Source of the DNA: an uncultured bacterium | GTDB taxonomy: Bacteria; Patescibacteriota; Minisyncoccia; Phycocordibacterales; Phycocordibacteraceae | Direction: 5' to 3' | NCBI GenBank assembly: GCA_963851445.1 | Contig: CAWKPH010000001.1 | Coordinates: forward strand, 361,363-425,362 | Length of the DNA stretch: 64,000 bases | In this document: in pieces, positions 19,454 through 29,713 of the stretch | Position numbering within the stretch: the stretch's first letter is position 1 | How the letters are laid out: each line of letters starts with the position of its first letter | Translations under genes and position numbers: made by a program | Notes under the pieces: model-generated | What the model was told of the DNA's origin: nothing | Databases searched by the model: none | What the model saw: only the letters and a program-made list of their open reading frames with translations

Positions 19454-19975
19454 ATGGCTCGCACAAAGAAAGAAATTGGAGAGGTAGAGGCTCAGGAAAC
19501 TGACGTAGAGAAGGAGGCGAATCACCCCGAACCGCGCGTATATGAGCTCGGCTTCCATCTCGACCCCGAGCTTCCTCAGGAAGAAGCGAAGAAAGCATAT
19601 CAGGCGCTAAAGGATCTCATCGCCTCAAATGGTACAGTTGTCGCAGAAGGTGAACCTGAGAAAATCCAACTCGCGTACACTGTCTCACGCATGGAAACCG
19701 GCGGCCGCCGAGATTTTAATTCTGCGTATTTTGCATGGATCGCCTACGAAGCAGCGGGTGAAGGTCATCAGGTAATTTCAAATGCTGCAAAATCAAATTC
19801 TCGCATCATTCGCTTCCTCGATGTGCGAACGACCAAGGACGGTGCAAGGCATTCAGCAGAAATGCAGGAATTTTATCGCCAAGCAGCTCAGGAGAACCAA
19901 GCAGCAGCTCTCGAGGAAGAAGCGATTGTTGATACCGAACTCGATACGGCTCTTCGCGAGGCAGGTGTCTCATAA
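19454..19975 (+). CDS. rpsF: 30S ribosomal protein S6 (with N- and C-terminal extensions)
   Basis: The core YELGFHLDPEL...IQLAYTV...RFLDVRT matches the S6 fold. It sits in the canonical rpsF-ssb-rpsR arrangement. Confidence 0.7.
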   Translation: MARTKKEIGEVEAQETDVEKEANHPEPRVYELGFHLDPELPQEEAKKAYQALKDLIASNGTVVAEGEPEKIQLAYTVSRMETGGRRDFNSAYFAWIAYEAAGEGHQVISNAAKSNSRIIRFLDVRTTKDGARHSAEMQEFYRQAAQENQAAALEEEAIVDTELDTALREAGVS

Positions 19976-19980
19976 CTACC

Positions 19981-20451
19981 ATGTATCTAAACAAAGCACT
20001 CCTATACGGAAATCTTACGCGCGATCCTGAAGTCAAGGCACTTCCGAGCGGTCAGCAGGTAGCAACCTTTGGCCTTGCTACTAATCGCTCCTACAAGGAT
20101 AAGAATGGTGTACAGCAGGAACAAACTGAATTTCATAACATCGTTGCCTTCGGCCGCACAGCAGAAGTAATGGGACAATACCTGAAAAAGGGTCGCCCCG
20201 TATACATCGAAGGACGTCTTCAAACTCGCACATGGGAAGCGGAGGGCCGTAAGAACTATCGCACGGAGATTGTTGTTGATAGCTTCCAATTCGGCGCGGA
20301 TGGCGGTAAGGGAGGTGGTACCGGCGCAACAGCTTCTGCCGGTGTAGCGCGCGCCACAGGCGGATCGGATTTTGAGCAGCCAGCTCCAACCCAGGGCGAG
20401 GAGATTCAGTATCCTGATGAGGAGATCAATCCGGACGATATTCCTTTTTAG
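19981..20451 (+). CDS. ssb: single-stranded DNA-binding protein
   Basis: 156 aa. OB-fold SSB pattern LTRDPEV...FHNIVAFGRTAEV..., a Gly-rich linker and the acidic C-terminal tip DIPF. Confidence 0.85.
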   Translation: MYLNKALLYGNLTRDPEVKALPSGQQVATFGLATNRSYKDKNGVQQEQTEFHNIVAFGRTAEVMGQYLKKGRPVYIEGRLQTRTWEAEGRKNYRTEIVVDSFQFGADGGKGGGTGATASAGVARATGGSDFEQPAPTQGEEIQYPDEEINPDDIPF

Positions 20452-20472
20452 CAAGAATAAAGACTATTCAAT

Positions 20473-20679
20473 ATGGCTCACCAAGCAGAACGAGAAGAAA
20501 TAGAGAACAAGAAATTTATTGACTACAAGGATATCGCGTACTTGAAGCAATTCACGAACCCTCACGCTAAGATCATTAGTCGCAAGCGCACAGGCATTCC
20601 TGCAGATAAGCAGCGCGAGATTTCACTTGCAATCAAGCGTGCGCGTTACATGGCACTTCTGCCGTATCTTTCAGCGTAG
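20473..20679 (+). CDS. rpsR: 30S ribosomal protein S18
   Basis: 68 aa. IDYKDIAYLKQFT...ISRKRTGI...RARYMALLPY is the S18 signature. Confidence 0.85.
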   Translation: MAHQAEREEIENKKFIDYKDIAYLKQFTNPHAKIISRKRTGIPADKQREISLAIKRARYMALLPYLSA

Positions 20680-20695
20680 CCCCCAAACACATAAT

Positions 20696-20730
20696 AAAAA
20701 GCAATCCGCCCAGAAGGCGGATTGCTTTTT
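20696..20730. terminator. bidirectional rho-independent terminator between rpsR (+) and efp (-)
   Basis: aaaaagcaatccgcc-caga-aggcggattgcttttt: a perfect 10-bp GC-rich stem flanked by A-run and T-run on opposite sides. Confidence 0.75.
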
Positions 20731-20733
20731 ATA

Positions 20734-21309
20734 TTAGGCTTTCTCGACGCGTTCTGTATATTCACCTGTATCAGTATTTATTCGCAAAATATCACCCTCG
20801 TTGATGAAGAGTGGGGTATTAATAACTGCACCTGACTCAAGCGTTACTTGTTTATTACCGCCGGTAGCAGTATCGCCCTTAACCGCTGGCGGTGCATCAG
20901 TGACCCTTAGATCTACCTTCACGGGAATAGTTAGCGTAACCGGTTTATCGTTGTAAACGAGGACTTCGACACTTGTGTTCTGTTTTAGCCACTGCACTTT
21001 CTCATGAACCGTCTCCTCGGGGAACGAAAAACGATTCTTCAGATTACCCACCTCACTGAACCACGATTCTCCACGGTTGGTGTACATGTAAAGAGCCTCC
21101 ATCGTCGAGATATCAGCTTCAGGGACACTTTCATTCTGATGGAACGAGATCTCAAGTACCTTACCCGATACAAGATGACGAAGCTTGGTTTGATTCACCG
21201 GCTTGCGCTGCTGCATGCGAAAAACATGAGAAGAGAGCACCTCGTAAGGTTCTTTGTTGTATTCGATCACTCGTTTCGGAACGATCTCATTATAGGAAAG
21301 GATTGCCAT
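20734..21309 (-). CDS. efp: elongation factor P
   Basis: 191 aa. KPGKG-region analogue and the three-domain EF-P pattern (VLEISFHQNESVP...GDTATGGNK). Confidence 0.85.
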   Translation of the reverse strand: MAILSYNEIVPKRVIEYNKEPYEVLSSHVFRMQQRKPVNQTKLRHLVSGKVLEISFHQNESVPEADISTMEALYMYTNRGESWFSEVGNLKNRFSFPEETVHEKVQWLKQNTSVEVLVYNDKPVTLTIPVKVDLRVTDAPPAVKGDTATGGNKQVTLESGAVINTPLFINEGDILRINTDTGEYTERVEKA

Positions 21310-21418
21310 GATTGATGACCGATTAGCAAGTAAGTAACTATCGCCCTGATGCAGCAGTTATAAAAAGTGACCCCCGGAAGCCAATATCGGCTGGGGGACA
21401 GCTGCCGCGGATAGGCGT

Positions 21419-22039
21419 ATGATACAGGACATAATGTCGGAGGTAAACAGTAAGACCATGGCCCACAAAAGTCTCTTGAATGCCTCGGATGAAGAGGTTC
21501 TTAAGGCTTCGCGTAGGGATCCGAGCCTATTCGTGATACTGGTTGGGCGCTATGAGCAGGCTTTTATGCGCAAGGCTCAAAGTATCCTGTGGACGCCCGA
21601 GGATGCCGAAGAAGTCGTACAGGATACTTTCACGCGAATCTATCTGTATGCCGATCGATACCAAGTCCAGGAAGGTGCACAATTCTCTTCATGGGCCTAT
21701 GCAATTCTCACACGTCTTGCGTTCACGAGGTATCAGAAACTCAAGAAATTACGAGCGCACAGTGTTGATCTCGACCCTGAGAATTATGAGCGTCTTCCAG
21801 ACAAAAGCGAATTTCTCCAGGATATTACGGCACGCGATGAAGTTCTAATGGCACTTGCGAAAATGCCTGAAGCAGCTGCACGAATATTACGTCTTCAATT
21901 TCTTGAAGGGAAGTCGCAGGAGGAAATTGCCCTCCTCGAAGGGTCGAGTGTAGCAGCGGTGAAAACGCGCGTGCACCGGGCAAAGAAGCAGTTCAAAGAA
22001 TCATTTTCACACAACCTTGCCTATGACGAATCAAAATAA
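21419..22039 (+). CDS. RNA polymerase sigma factor, ECF (sigma-70 family group 4)
   Basis: Sigma region 2 (VQDTFTRIYLYADRY) and the region 4 HTH (QEEIALLEGSSVAAVKTRVHRAKKQF). Confidence 0.8.
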   Translation: MIQDIMSEVNSKTMAHKSLLNASDEEVLKASRRDPSLFVILVGRYEQAFMRKAQSILWTPEDAEEVVQDTFTRIYLYADRYQVQEGAQFSSWAYAILTRLAFTRYQKLKKLRAHSVDLDPENYERLPDKSEFLQDITARDEVLMALAKMPEAAARILRLQFLEGKSQEEIALLEGSSVAAVKTRVHRAKKQFKESFSHNLAYDESK

Positions 22040-22391
22040 TCAAAAATTCAATACAGAAAGTGATGAGCAATTACAATCGTCACGTATTCAAGCAATGGTG
22101 ATGCGTCGGGTGCACATCATCTACGTACTGGAATTATTTTCAACAACCACGGTCCTATCGTTCTGCATACTACTTATGGCACTTTGGGGCATCGGCAGGG
22201 AAGTATGGGTCGCACGCGTTTTTCGTAACATGCCATCGATAACAAACGTAACTGCAGTTACTCATTTTTATCTTGCTGCCTTTCTCGACACGCGTTTTAT
22301 TGTCCAAGTACTTACTGTCGTTACCATTGGTGCATTTGTCTGGTTTGTCTACGATTTCTCGCGACAACTGCGTTTTGTACGATTCGCGTAA
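22017..22391 (+). CDS. putative anti-sigma factor / small membrane protein
   Basis: 124-aa ORF overlapping the sigma stop. Two predicted TM helices. The assignment rests on position alone. Confidence 0.35.
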   Translation: MPMTNQNNQKFNTESDEQLQSSRIQAMVMRRVHIIYVLELFSTTTVLSFCILLMALWGIGREVWVARVFRNMPSITNVTAVTHFYLAAFLDTRFIVQVLTVVTIGAFVWFVYDFSRQLRFVRFA

Positions 22392-22412
22392 GGTACTACC
22401 GATTAGGGAGCC

Positions 22413-23480
22413 CTACTCCGCAAGCTTTACGCGTACCTGTTTCAAAATGTCATTTGCAATTGTCTTATTCTCACGCAAAAATGTGCGTGTTGCATCATAC
22501 CCGCGACCAAGCTTCACGTCGCCCATGCTGTAGCTTGAACCAGATTTTTGGATAATGTCATATTTCTCGCCGAGCGCGATAAGCTCACCTTCGCGACTTA
22601 TGCCCTCGTTATACATAAGGTCAAATTCCGTGGTCTTAAATGGAGCAGCAACCTTATTCTTTACTACCTTAACCCGCACTCGACCCCCAACAACTTCCTC
22701 GCCTTTCTTGATTTGTGCGATGCGCCGGATATCAAGACGCACGGATGTATAGAACTTGAGAGCCTTACCGCCAGTCGTCGTCTCTGGATTGCCAAACATT
22801 ACTCCGATCTGCATGCGGATCTGGTTAATGAAAATGATGATCGTCTTTGACTTCGAAGTTATTGCAGTGAGCTTGCGAAGCGCCTGACTCATAAGCCGCG
22901 CCTGCTTTCCCATTTGGGGCGAGCCCATATCGCCCTCGATTTCGTCTTTTGGAGTTAGTGCGGCAACGGAGTCAACAACAACAACATCGACCGACCCTGC
23001 ACGTACGAGTGATTCAACAATCTCAAGCGCTTGTTCGCCGGTGTCGGGCTGAGAGATAAGAAGTTCATCGAGCTTCACACCAATCTTACGCGCGTATTCA
23101 GGATCCAGTGCATGTTCTGCATCAACAAAGGCGCATATACCCCCTTTCTTCTGTGCTTCAGCAATAGCGTGGAGTGCAAGTGTGGTCTTGCCGGAAGATT
23201 CAGGACCGAAGACTTCTATGATACGACCGCGGGGAAGACCTCCTACGCCGAGCGCAGCATCAAGACCGATTGAACCAGTTGAGATTGATTCGATTGCAGC
23301 GAGTTTTCCGGAGCCATATGTCATGATGGCTTCATCGCCGAATTTAGTCTTTATTTCCTTGATCGCGAGCTCAATAGCCTTACGCTTTGCATCAGGACCC
23401 TTTTCAACAGGTGCATCAATCTCAATATCCGGGGAAATAGTTTTCACAGCCTTTTTTGTAGTTTTTTTAGGTGCGGCCAT
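22413..23480 (-). CDS. recA: recombinase RecA
   Basis: 355 aa. Walker [15 protein letters not shown]1/L2 loops, and the highly conserved RecA core. Confidence 0.95.
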   Translation of the reverse strand: MAAPKKTTKKAVKTISPDIEIDAPVEKGPDAKRKAIELAIKEIKTKFGDEAIMTYGSGKLAAIESISTGSIGLDAALGVGGLPRGRIIEVFGPESSGKTTLALHAIAEAQKKGGICAFVDAEHALDPEYARKIGVKLDELLISQPDTGEQALEIVESLVRAGSVDVVVVDSVAALTPKDEIEGDMGSPQMGKQARLMSQALRKLTAITSKSKTIIIFINQIRMQIGVMFGNPETTTGGKALKFYTSVRLDIRRIAQIKKGEEVVGGRVRVKVVKNKVAAPFKTTEFDLMYNEGISREGELIALGEKYDIIQKSGSSYSMGDVKLGRGYDATRTFLRENKTIANDILKQVRVKLAE

Positions 23481-23527
23481 AACGGAATTACAAACGATTA
23501 ATTAGGTAAGCAAATACAGTAACAACT

Positions 23528-23920
23528 CTAAGGAACAAATACCGTACGTCGTTCGGCCACAGTTCTCCCGAAGCGGTCGGTAGCGGTTATCGTAATTATA
23601 CTGCCTCCTTTGGGAAGCGTAAGGGTAGTCGCAAAATCCCCTTTTTGATCGGTTAGAACAGTGTTTCCGTCCACCGTTACTTCTGTGGTATGCGTAGCGG
23701 TGCCCGATATCGAGATGAAACCGGTATCAATTTTCACTGTATTTCCGGTGCTCGCTAGGGAGGTCGACGAAGAAATCGTAGAGGTGACGCTTGAAAGAGA
23801 AGGGGTCGCTGGGACTATCGAGACCGAAAGCTGAGGTCCTGAAATGAGGGGCCACGCCTCTCTAACCCCGTACCCTACGAGAAGCACAAGGATGATGATG
23901 ATAAGGGCCCGTAGCACCAT
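23528..23920 (-). CDS. hypothetical membrane-anchored Thr/Ser-rich protein
   Basis: 130 aa. N-terminal TM helix. Lies between ftsK and recA on the same strand. Confidence 0.4.
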   Translation of the reverse strand: MVLRALIIIILVLLVGYGVREAWPLISGPQLSVSIVPATPSLSSVTSTISSSTSLASTGNTVKIDTGFISISGTATHTTEVTVDGNTVLTDQKGDFATTLTLPKGGSIITITATDRFGRTVAERRTVFVP

Positions 23921-23928
23921 ACGATACG

Positions 23929-26112
23929 CTACAAGAGATCAGTTGACACAGCGGTATCAGGAGAAGGAATAGTCCCCGTTCGAGCTCGAGAAAGGACATC
24001 GCGTGGACGGGAACCATCAGCTGCACCAATAACTCCTTTTTGTTCAAGGATGTCCATAAGCCTTGCTGCACGGGAATATCCAATGCGAAGTTTGCGCTGA
24101 AGGTAAGAGGTCGAGGCGCGACCAGCCTCTTCAACGGCTTCTTTTGCCTGTTCGTACAGATCGTCATCTACATCGTCATCTTCACCTGCCAGCATAATCG
24201 TCTCATTGGGTTCGTGAACTCCGGTACCATTTGTGCCTGTGCCAAGATCAAGTGAAGAGAGGGAGCCTGCATTGTGGTCCCGTATATAGGCTGCTACCTT
24301 CTTTACTTCGCCCTCAGAAATATAGGCGGTCTGTACGCGTACTGGCTTCTGCATATCTGATGAGAGATAGAGCATGTCTCCCGCGCCAAGCAAGCTCTCA
24401 GCACCATTTCCATCAAGAATGGTGCGTGAATCAATTTGAGAGGAAACTTGAAGCGCAAGTCGTGTTGGAACATTCGCTTTAATGAGACCCGTGATGACGT
24501 TTACCGATGGCCGCTGCGTCGAAAGGATAAGGTGAATGCCAACTGCACGCGACATCTGGGCTAGCCGAACGATGCCCGCTTCGAGCTCGCGTGGGTAGGT
24601 ATGCATAATATCGGCAAGTTCATCGATGACGATTACTATATAGGGCATTGCTTCAGGAAGGGGCAGCCGGCCCTTTTTCTTCGCTGGTTCGACGATCGTT
24701 CGATGATATGAATCGATATCACGCACTTGCTCTGACTCGAGTATGTTATAGCGACGTTCCATCTCTTTAGCAGCCCATTTGAGAGCCAAAATAGTTTTTT
24801 TAGGATCGGTAATGACTGGAGTCAGGAGGTGGGGAATACCGTTGTATAACGTAAGCTCAACACGCTTCGGATCGATCATAATAAATCGGAGCTGATTTGG
24901 TCCATTGCGATATAAAAGAGAAGTTATGAGCGCGTGGATCGCAACTGACTTTCCCGATCCCGTAGCACCTGCAACGAGTCCATGGGGCATTTTCGCAACA
25001 TTAACATAATGAGGAGTGCCTGCGATGTCTCGCCCAATTGCAGCTAGAAGTGGCTTATTGCTGGCATTCCATTCAGGTGCGGAAAGAACACCGCCCAGGC
25101 CAACCATCGCCTTGGATGCATTAGGAACTTCAATACCTACCAGCGACTTGCCTGGAATTGGTGCCTCTATACGTACGGGGTGAGCCGCAAGTGCTAATTC
25201 GAGGTTTTGCTGCAAGGCTGCTATCTTTTGCAGGCGCACTCCTTCAGCTGGTTTTATGGCATAACGCGTAACCGTGGGACCCACAGAAACCTCATCCATC
25301 TCGACAGAAATACCAAAATTTTGAAAAGTACGCTTGATTATATTCGCATTCGCCTTTATATCACCGACTCCTGGCTTACCCTTGTCTTCTCCAAGAATTG
25401 AGAGTGGTGGAGGATCGTATTCAGCATCAAAATTAGGTATCGCCGCTGCAACAATTGTTGATGAGGCAAGCGCCTGACCCTGGGGCTGATTAAAGACACT
25501 TATGGTTGGCTCGTGATCAATTTCGACATGGCCTGGCTCGGCTACTTCTGGGGCGGCGTCTTCGAAATCCTCCTCGGGACCTTCTCTCCTAGGTAGGGAA
25601 GGGAGACGAACTGCTGCCATCCTTTCTCCTGCACGTTTACTCAGCGCTGATGCAGATTTCATGAGTAAAACTATGTCGGTAGCAATTATGAGACCAATAA
25701 GCGCAAGCGCAATCAACAGAATAGATGCCCCCGCGATGCCGAACAAGCTCGTAGTCTCTTGACCTGCCCACGCACCAGCGACACCGCCAAGTGTTGAGGA
25801 TGCTATGCCAAGGGCAGTTAGTGCAGCGACCAATATAAAGGTGAGTCCAACGCTTGTAATTGGGGATACCAGTAAGCTTTCAATGGCGATCGCAATGCCG
25901 ATGGCTATCACAAGAATTGGAACGAGGTAAGCAGCAACCCCAACTTCCCTGAAGGTTGCTTCGAACGCAGTTTTACCGACGACTCCAGCAAACCCAAATG
26001 CTCCCAGAAGTAAAATGAGGCCAAGCGCTGTAAGCGCGATAACCAGTGTCCACTTGGCGACAATCTTATATGAAAATGAATTACGCGAACGGCGTTTTCG
26101 TCGGTTCATCAA
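23929..26112 (-). CDS. ftsK: DNA translocase FtsK/SpoIIIE
   Basis: 727 aa. N-terminal TM helices, Walker A GATGSGKSV, the FtsK motor domain, and the C-terminal gamma wHTH (SYLQRKLRIGYSRAARLMDILEQKGVIG). Confidence 0.9.
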   Translation of the reverse strand: MMNRRKRRSRNSFSYKIVAKWTLVIALTALGLILLLGAFGFAGVVGKTAFEATFREVGVAAYLVPILVIAIGIAIAIESLLVSPITSVGLTFILVAALTALGIASSTLGGVAGAWAGQETTSLFGIAGASILLIALALIGLIIATDIVLLMKSASALSKRAGERMAAVRLPSLPRREGPEEDFEDAAPEVAEPGHVEIDHEPTISVFNQPQGQALASSTIVAAAIPNFDAEYDPPPLSILGEDKGKPGVGDIKANANIIKRTFQNFGISVEMDEVSVGPTVTRYAIKPAEGVRLQKIAALQQNLELALAAHPVRIEAPIPGKSLVGIEVPNASKAMVGLGGVLSAPEWNASNKPLLAAIGRDIAGTPHYVNVAKMPHGLVAGATGSGKSVAIHALITSLLYRNGPNQLRFIMIDPKRVELTLYNGIPHLLTPVITDPKKTILALKWAAKEMERRYNILESEQVRDIDSYHRTIVEPAKKKGRLPLPEAMPYIVIVIDELADIMHTYPRELEAGIVRLAQMSRAVGIHLILSTQRPSVNVITGLIKANVPTRLALQVSSQIDSRTILDGNGAESLLGAGDMLYLSSDMQKPVRVQTAYISEGEVKKVAAYIRDHNAGSLSSLDLGTGTNGTGVHEPNETIMLAGEDDDVDDDLYEQAKEAVEEAGRASTSYLQRKLRIGYSRAARLMDILEQKGVIGAADGSRPRDVLSRARTGTIPSPDTAVSTDLL

Positions 26113-26278
26113 TCAATTTTAGCATTAAGTTTCAATGAGTACTCGAACATGTAAAAGCAGGATAACTACTACTGCCTCTACTGAATTAATAGGCCATTGA
26201 GGACAACAGAGGCTTCTCAAAAATTCTAAAGTGAGTATACTGTCCTTAATCACGCGGGTGTGATATATAGGACATACG

Positions 26279-27031
26279 ATGGATAATAAAGGACAAAATA
26301 AGGACACCAAGGATCGCCGAATCCAAGAGACAGGCGGTCCTAATTCAGATTTTGTCCTAGATAAAGTCATATTTTCAAATGTTTTTGATAAGGACATACG
26401 AAGAATATACATCTACCGTAAGGCCGAGCGACTCGCAAAAGCAATCCAGCTTATCACCCCAGCCTTTAGCACCGCGCCCTCTTTGCGTAACAGATTGGAT
26501 GGTATTGCGGTGGGTCTCATAGACGCTGCGATCCTTCCTCCTTTGTCAGCCCGTGATGCTCTTTCCCGCGAACTACTGGCGCTCTCAAGCCTCCTTTCAG
26601 TAGCACGTACTGGAGGCCTTTTATCCGATATGAATGCCGATCTTATTATTAGGGAAGCGCATATACTTCTTCAGGAAATCGCGAGCTATCAAGAACCGCG
26701 ATTGTTTCTTGAGGAAGCTCCCACGCTCGCCGAGCTCTCAAAGCGAGCTCCCGATCTGCATGAGCCAAGGGCACCCCAACCAAGACCCGAAAGGACAGAA
26801 AAACCGGTCGTTTATAAAGGACATCTATCGGACAACGACTCATTGACCAATCGGCAAGGCGCAATCCTAACCATCCTAAAAGCCAATGGGCCCTCGTATA
26901 TAAAGGATATTTCGACTATGATTCGCGATGTGAGCGAAAAAACTATACAAAGAGAGCTTCAATCCATGGTCGCCGCGGGCTCTATAGAACGATCGGGTGA
27001 ACGTCGTTGGACTCAATACCGGCTTCCGTAG
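26279..27031 (+). CDS. hypothetical protein with C-terminal winged-helix DNA-binding domain
   Basis: 250 aa. The C-terminus (NRQGAILTILKANGPSYIKDISTMIRDVSEKTIQRELQSMVAAGSIERSG) is wHTH-like. The N-terminus is helical. The start is uncertain. Confidence 0.4.
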   Translation: MDNKGQNKDTKDRRIQETGGPNSDFVLDKVIFSNVFDKDIRRIYIYRKAERLAKAIQLITPAFSTAPSLRNRLDGIAVGLIDAAILPPLSARDALSRELLALSSLLSVARTGGLLSDMNADLIIREAHILLQEIASYQEPRLFLEEAPTLAELSKRAPDLHEPRAPQPRPERTEKPVVYKGHLSDNDSLTNRQGAILTILKANGPSYIKDISTMIRDVSEKTIQRELQSMVAAGSIERSGERRWTQYRLP

Positions 27032-27067
27032 CGAGAATATCCCAAGCTCAAAGAACCAAGGCTTTTG

Positions 27068-27096
27068 TTGACTCTTCATGCTTTTAGAGATAGGAT
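27068..27096 (+). promoter_or_regulatory. candidate sigma70-type promoter (TTGACT-17-TAGGAT)
   Basis: -35 matches 5/6 and -10 matches 4/6 at correct spacing. It lies 500 nt upstream of the next gene. Confidence 0.25.
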
Positions 27097-27600
27097 GCAT
27101 GCGTGATACCAAAGAGGGACACGAAGGGTATCAGGCAGATTTAACCCATTATTTTCAAGGGTTATCCACATTCGATGTGCCGATGGTTATGAATCATTCG
27201 GTATACTTATGTGCATACCGTACTGGGGGCATTACTCGATGCGGTCGTTCGTTGAAAATTGAATAGAGCTTCATGAAGATATTGTTCGTAGTGGTGTAAG
27301 AAACCACTCGTTCAACCGTCCATTTACTATGTACGGGATGCAGCATGACAGAACAGCAGAGCACGACGGCATTTCAGAACACACCATTTTATTTTGCCAA
27401 CTAGCTGATGGGACGCGGGTCGATACTGTGCCCCGTCAGATAGTGTTAAAGTTTAGTTCCCTAAGAAAAGTTTCAGATCATTGCAGCTGCCAAAGCAGCT
27501 GCACATTACCAAAGAAGTAAAGCGGGGAGTGGATGATACAAATTATTAATCATATTGTCCGCTTTTCGCTACAAAAATTAATTAACAACGGATTACATAT

Positions 27601-29661
27601 ATGTCTACTACACAGACAATTGCTAAGTTCTCAGCAGTAGCAGCAGGTTTCGGCCTCGTTGCTTCTTCGTTCGTTATGGCTCTTCCTGCAGCAGCACAGA
27701 CCACAACAACGACGACTTCAACGACTTCAACGACCTTGACTGCAGCTCAGGTTGCGGCACTTCAGGCAGAAATTGCATCCCTTCAAGCTCAACTTGCAGG
27801 CACACAATCTTCTTCGATGGGCGGAGCAGCATTCACCATGGATATGACCATTGGTTCAACTGGCTCTCAAGTATCAGAACTTCAGAGCTGGCTTATCGCC
27901 AAGGGTTACTCGATCCCAGCAGGTGCAACCGGTTACTTCGGTACCGAAACTCAGGCAGCAGTAGCAGCCTTCCAGGCAGCTAACGGCATCACACCTGACG
28001 TCGGTTACTTCGGTCCGATCACCATGGCTAAGGTCAACTCAATGCTTAGCACAACCACCACGACCACTACTACAGTTACAGGTTGCGCACCAGGCGCATC
28101 GTTCAGCTCGACCACAGGTCAGGCTTGCACGACAACAACTGGTACCAGCACAACTGCACTTAGCGGCGGCGAAGGAAGCGTAAACAACTTCCAGACCATT
28201 GGTGCTAGCACCACGATTCTTGGACAGGGCGCAAATCAGAATGTCTACGGCTTCAGCTTCATGGCTGGAGGTTCAGATCTTCAGGTTGACCGCCTCGACT
28301 ACGAAGTGGTTCTCGGCGCGACTAACAGCGATGCTACTGCGAGCGTTCATCCTTGGAACGTTTTCCAGACCGCTACTCTCACGAATAGCTCTGGTCAGAC
28401 AATTGCAACGGTTGACGCAAGTAACCAGAACAACTGGAGCCAAGAAGGTACTGGTAACGGTACTTTCGGAGTAAGTGGTGATCAGGTCTACCAAATTGAG
28501 TTCACAGGCTTGAATCAAGTCGTCAAGGAAGGTACAACTCAGACCTATTACCTGATGCTCTCAACGGCACCAGTTATCAGCAGCGCGAATAACAATGCTA
28601 TCTATCAGGTAGAACTTGGATCACAAGGTCTTCGCGCTACGGATGCTCTTGGTCTCCAGGAGTACTCACCAAGTAGTGTGAACAGCAACAATGTTGAGGT
28701 TCAGGCAACTACGGCAGGTAACGCAGTTATCTCATCAGGTACAAATAACCCTACAGTCACTACACTCATGGGTGCTCTAACCACACCTACGAACAATGTA
28801 ACGTTGAATACGTTCACAGTTGAGGCCAATGGCGAGAACCTCGAGATGTACTCATTGCCTGTATCGGTTACAACGACTGGTACTAGCCCAAGCGATCTCG
28901 TTCAGTCTCTTAGTCTCATGGAAGGCTCAACAGTTCTTGACACAGTAAGTCCTGCAGGTACATCTACGCCTGGAACGGAAGCGGTTAACTTCAACAACGT
29001 TAACCTTCAGATTCCTGAAGGCACAACCGACAGCTTCAGTGTCGAGGCTAATATAAGCCCAATCGATGGGGTCATAGTTCCTAACGGATCAGCAGTTACG
29101 GTTAGCGTTCCTAATGGTCCAGTGGTTCTCTCCGGCGGTAGTACCTCTGAGGTACCAAACGTTGAGGACTCAAGCGGTAACAACGTTACGGTAACAGGCG
29201 CTTCTACTGGTAACGCGATCTCATTCGCATCTACTGGTCTTACCGTCGGTACCCCAGCAGTTGCTGCAACTGAAACGAGCAATGGAAATAACACGACTAC
29301 TCAGACTGGTACATTCACCTTCACATTTAATGTGACGGCCTTCGGTCAGGCGATCTACATTTCCTCGTCTTCAAACGGTTACAGCATGACGCTGCATGAC
29401 AGCACCACGACACAAGCTGCAACGGCTTCACTGATCACCTCCCAGGGAGCAACCAGGGATGCTGCTAACAACTTCGTTGTCAGCAACGGTCAGACCGAAA
29501 GCTTCACCGTCCAAGGTACCTTGGCTCACAATGGTGACAGCCAGTTCTGGTATGCAACGCTCAATAGCTTGAACTACGGAACTTCCGATAACACGGCAAT
29601 TTCGAGCTCAACGCCATTGCCAACCACCTTCACGACACCAGGAGTCGCTATCAACAGCTAA
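27601..29661 (+). CDS. secreted Thr/Ser/Asn-rich surface protein with peptidoglycan-binding domain
   Basis: 686 aa. Signal peptide plus a poly-Thr linker. PG_binding_1-like segment (SQVSELQSWLIAKGYSIPAGATGYFGTETQAAVAAFQAANGI). Long low-complexity beta-rich C-terminal region. Confidence 0.6.
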   Translation: MSTTQTIAKFSAVAAGFGLVASSFVMALPAAAQTTTTTTSTTSTTLTAAQVAALQAEIASLQAQLAGTQSSSMGGAAFTMDMTIGSTGSQVSELQSWLIAKGYSIPAGATGYFGTETQAAVAAFQAANGITPDVGYFGPITMAKVNSMLSTTTTTTTTVTGCAPGASFSSTTGQACTTTTGTSTTALSGGEGSVNNFQTIGASTTILGQGANQNVYGFSFMAGGSDLQVDRLDYEVVLGATNSDATASVHPWNVFQTATLTNSSGQTIATVDASNQNNWSQEGTGNGTFGVSGDQVYQIEFTGLNQVVKEGTTQTYYLMLSTAPVISSANNNAIYQVELGSQGLRATDALGLQEYSPSSVNSNNVEVQATTAGNAVISSGTNNPTVTTLMGALTTPTNNVTLNTFTVEANGENLEMYSLPVSVTTTGTSPSDLVQSLSLMEGSTVLDTVSPAGTSTPGTEAVNFNNVNLQIPEGTTDSFSVEANISPIDGVIVPNGSAVTVSVPNGPVVLSGGSTSEVPNVEDSSGNNVTVTGASTGNAISFASTGLTVGTPAVAATETSNGNNTTTQTGTFTFTFNVTAFGQAIYISSSSNGYSMTLHDSTTTQAATASLITSQGATRDAANNFVVSNGQTESFTVQGTLAHNGDSQFWYATLNSLNYGTSDNTAISSSTPLPTTFTTPGVAINS

Positions 29662-29713
29662 TAGCGCAAGCTATTACTGGATATAGTGAAAACTATGTTC
29701 TAAGGTGTGCGTA

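Noticed and set aside
21310-21418. ECF-type autoregulatory promoter (GGAAC-N16-CGTC) upstream of the sigma factor gene
   Set aside because: Only a loose GGAAGC…CAGCTG match and an imperfect hairpin. It does not fit the spacing/consensus well enough to call.
27100-27600. Possible RNase P RNA, tmRNA or SRP RNA in the long intergenic region
   Set aside because: Searched by eye for P4/CR-I (AGGAAAGUCCGG), CR-V (ACAGAACCCGGCUUA), the tmRNA tRNA-like 3' end with CCA and tag frame, and the SRP domain IV GGAA/AGCAG motif. None present. A segment resembling a T-arm (gggacgcgggtcgatac…ccccgtc) does not form a 7-nt T-loop.
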